Below are positions 62,853 through 64,000 of a stretch of 64,000 nucleotides of DNA, in pieces (the first letter of the stretch is position 1; every line of letters begins with the position of its first letter). The notes below the pieces were generated by a model, which was given only the letters and a program-made list of their open reading frames with translations, was not told the DNA's origin and ran no database searches. The translations under genes and the position numbers were made by a program. Origin of the DNA: Cyanophyceae cyanobacterium (lineage in GTDB: Bacteria; Cyanobacteriota; Cyanobacteriia; Cyanobacteriales; Laspinemataceae); contig JBBQFN010000002.1 of NCBI GenBank assembly GCA_038321985.1, positions 256,001-320,000 on the forward strand, read 5' to 3'.

Positions 62853-63701
62853 ATGCACCAAGTCGTTTACAAAAAAATTCAAGCAAATCAAGTCAATCAA
62901 TCGGATAAAAAGCCTTTTGTAGTTTTCAACAATGTTTCTAAAACTTATAAAAGCTCGCGAGGTTCTCACACGGTTTTAAAAGATGTCAATTTAACCGTTA
63001 ATCGGGGTGAATTTATTTGTGTAATCGGTCATTCTGGCTGTGGAAAATCCACCTTGTTAAATATGGTTTCTGGGTTTAATACCCCCTCTACAGGTTCGGT
63101 GACAGTGGGTGGAGAACCTGTTACTGAACCAGGACCCGATCGCATGGTGGTTTTCCAAAATTATGCCCTCTTGCCTTGGTTAACAGCGTTTGAAAATGTC
63201 TATCTCGGGGTTAATGAGGTTTATCCCAAAAAATCAAAACTGGAAAAAGAGGCGATCGTCAAAGATCATTTAGCGATGGTCGGTTTAAGCGAAGCGGCAG
63301 ATAAAAAACCCAAGCAAATTTCTGGGGGGATGCGTCAACGGGTTTCCATTGCCCGCGCTTTGGCAATTCGTCCGAAAGTGCTGATTTTAGATGAACCTTT
63401 TGGGGCTTTGGATGCAATTACTAAGGAGGAATTACAAGAGGAATTATTGAAAATTTGGAACGATCATCGCTGTACAGTATTAATGATTACTCACGATATT
63501 GATGAGGCGTTATTTTTGGCGGATAAATTGGTGATGATGACCAATGGCCCCGAAGCAAAAGTAGGCGAAATTATGGAAATTCCTTTCCCCCGTCCTCGCG
63601 ATCGCGAGCGCATTATGGAAGATCCCTTATATTACGATTTGCGTAACTACGCTTTGGACTTCCTTTATAACCGTTTTGCCCACGATGACACTAAGGATTA
63701 A
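62853..63701 (+). CDS. cmpD: Bicarbonate ABC transporter ATPase
   Basis: GHSGCGKS, ISGGMRQR, LDEPFGALD. Confidence 0.88.
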   Translation: MHQVVYKKIQANQVNQSDKKPFVVFNNVSKTYKSSRGSHTVLKDVNLTVNRGEFICVIGHSGCGKSTLLNMVSGFNTPSTGSVTVGGEPVTEPGPDRMVVFQNYALLPWLTAFENVYLGVNEVYPKKSKLEKEAIVKDHLAMVGLSEAADKKPKQISGGMRQRVSIARALAIRPKVLILDEPFGALDAITKEELQEELLKIWNDHRCTVLMITHDIDEALFLADKLVMMTNGPEAKVGEIMEIPFPRPRDRERIMEDPLYYDLRNYALDFLYNRFAHDDTKD

Positions 63702-63797
63702 CGGTTTCTAACCCCCACTGTCCCGGTCCTCTAGATTAATCAGGAGTAGTGCATATATAGTGCGTCTCAATCATGATGATTTTAAAATTTAGTTAGA

Positions 63798-63840
63798 AGT
63801 GGGAGTACCTTCCTTATCGTAGGAACAAGATACTCCCACT
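63798..63840. terminator. Inverted repeat between convergent genes
   Basis: AGTGGGAGTA...TACTCCCACT. Confidence 0.55.
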
Positions 63841-63899
63841 CCTGAAGCCTCGGTTTCTAACTCCTATTGTGGCAATACTCTCGCCGATCGCCCTTCTAT

Positions 63900-64000
63900 C
63901 TAAAACGGAATTTCATCCTCTGGTTCATCAACCGGCGGCTCTTTATAATAGGTTTTTGCAGGGGGTGGAGATACCTTAGCTGCGCCGGTAGGTTCCGATG
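63900..64000 (-). CDS. ssb: C-terminal tail of single-stranded DNA-binding protein (partial)
   Basis: The minus strand reads SEPTGAAKVSPPPAKTYYKEPPVDEPEDEIPF*; the acidic ...DEIPF end is the SSB C-terminal signature. Confidence 0.7.
   Translation of the reverse strand, partial: SEPTGAAKVSPPPAKTYYKEPPVDEPEDEIPF

Noticed and set aside
58320..63701. nrtABCD nitrate transporter
   Set aside because: Binding-protein motifs fit CmpA, and there is no adjacent nirA/narB.
1..64000. Abundant GCGATCGC as a novel repeat; rRNA/tRNA genes
   Set aside because: GCGATCGC is the well-known cyanobacterial HIP1; I recognised no tRNA or rRNA sequence.

Overview
A 64-kb chromosomal segment from a cyanobacterium. 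HIP1 (GCGATCGC) is very dense, and the gene content and repeat families suggest a filamentous Oscillatoriales-type organism (inference). Most of the window is housekeeping or signalling: gnd, ycf66, ctaCDE with divergent ctaAB, an ABC-2 transporter, egtC-egtB-egtD, glgX, ccb1, DUF3155, hik2, sbcC, a multi-GAF histidine kinase, cmpABCD and the tail of ssb. The most notable feature is a collapsed diversity-generating retroelement (DGR) at the left end. A kinase/FGE (CLec-fold) target gene ends in a variable repeat with 12 consecutive NNC codons and a GC hairpin. It is followed by a truncated avd fused directly to an unannotated ~57-codon reverse-transcriptase fragment. That fragment runs into a structured RNA-like segment resembling the region downstream of a template repeat; no template repeat is visible in the window. 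A Ser/Thr pseudokinase (HRN/AFG) lies next to it. Other elements missed by the ORF track are an Hpt pseudogene, a collapsed filamentous-haemagglutinin/CHAT pseudogene, a MITE, several REP-like families, a canonical NtcA-type promoter and several candidate structured RNAs. All calls come from reading motifs by eye; no database searches were run.
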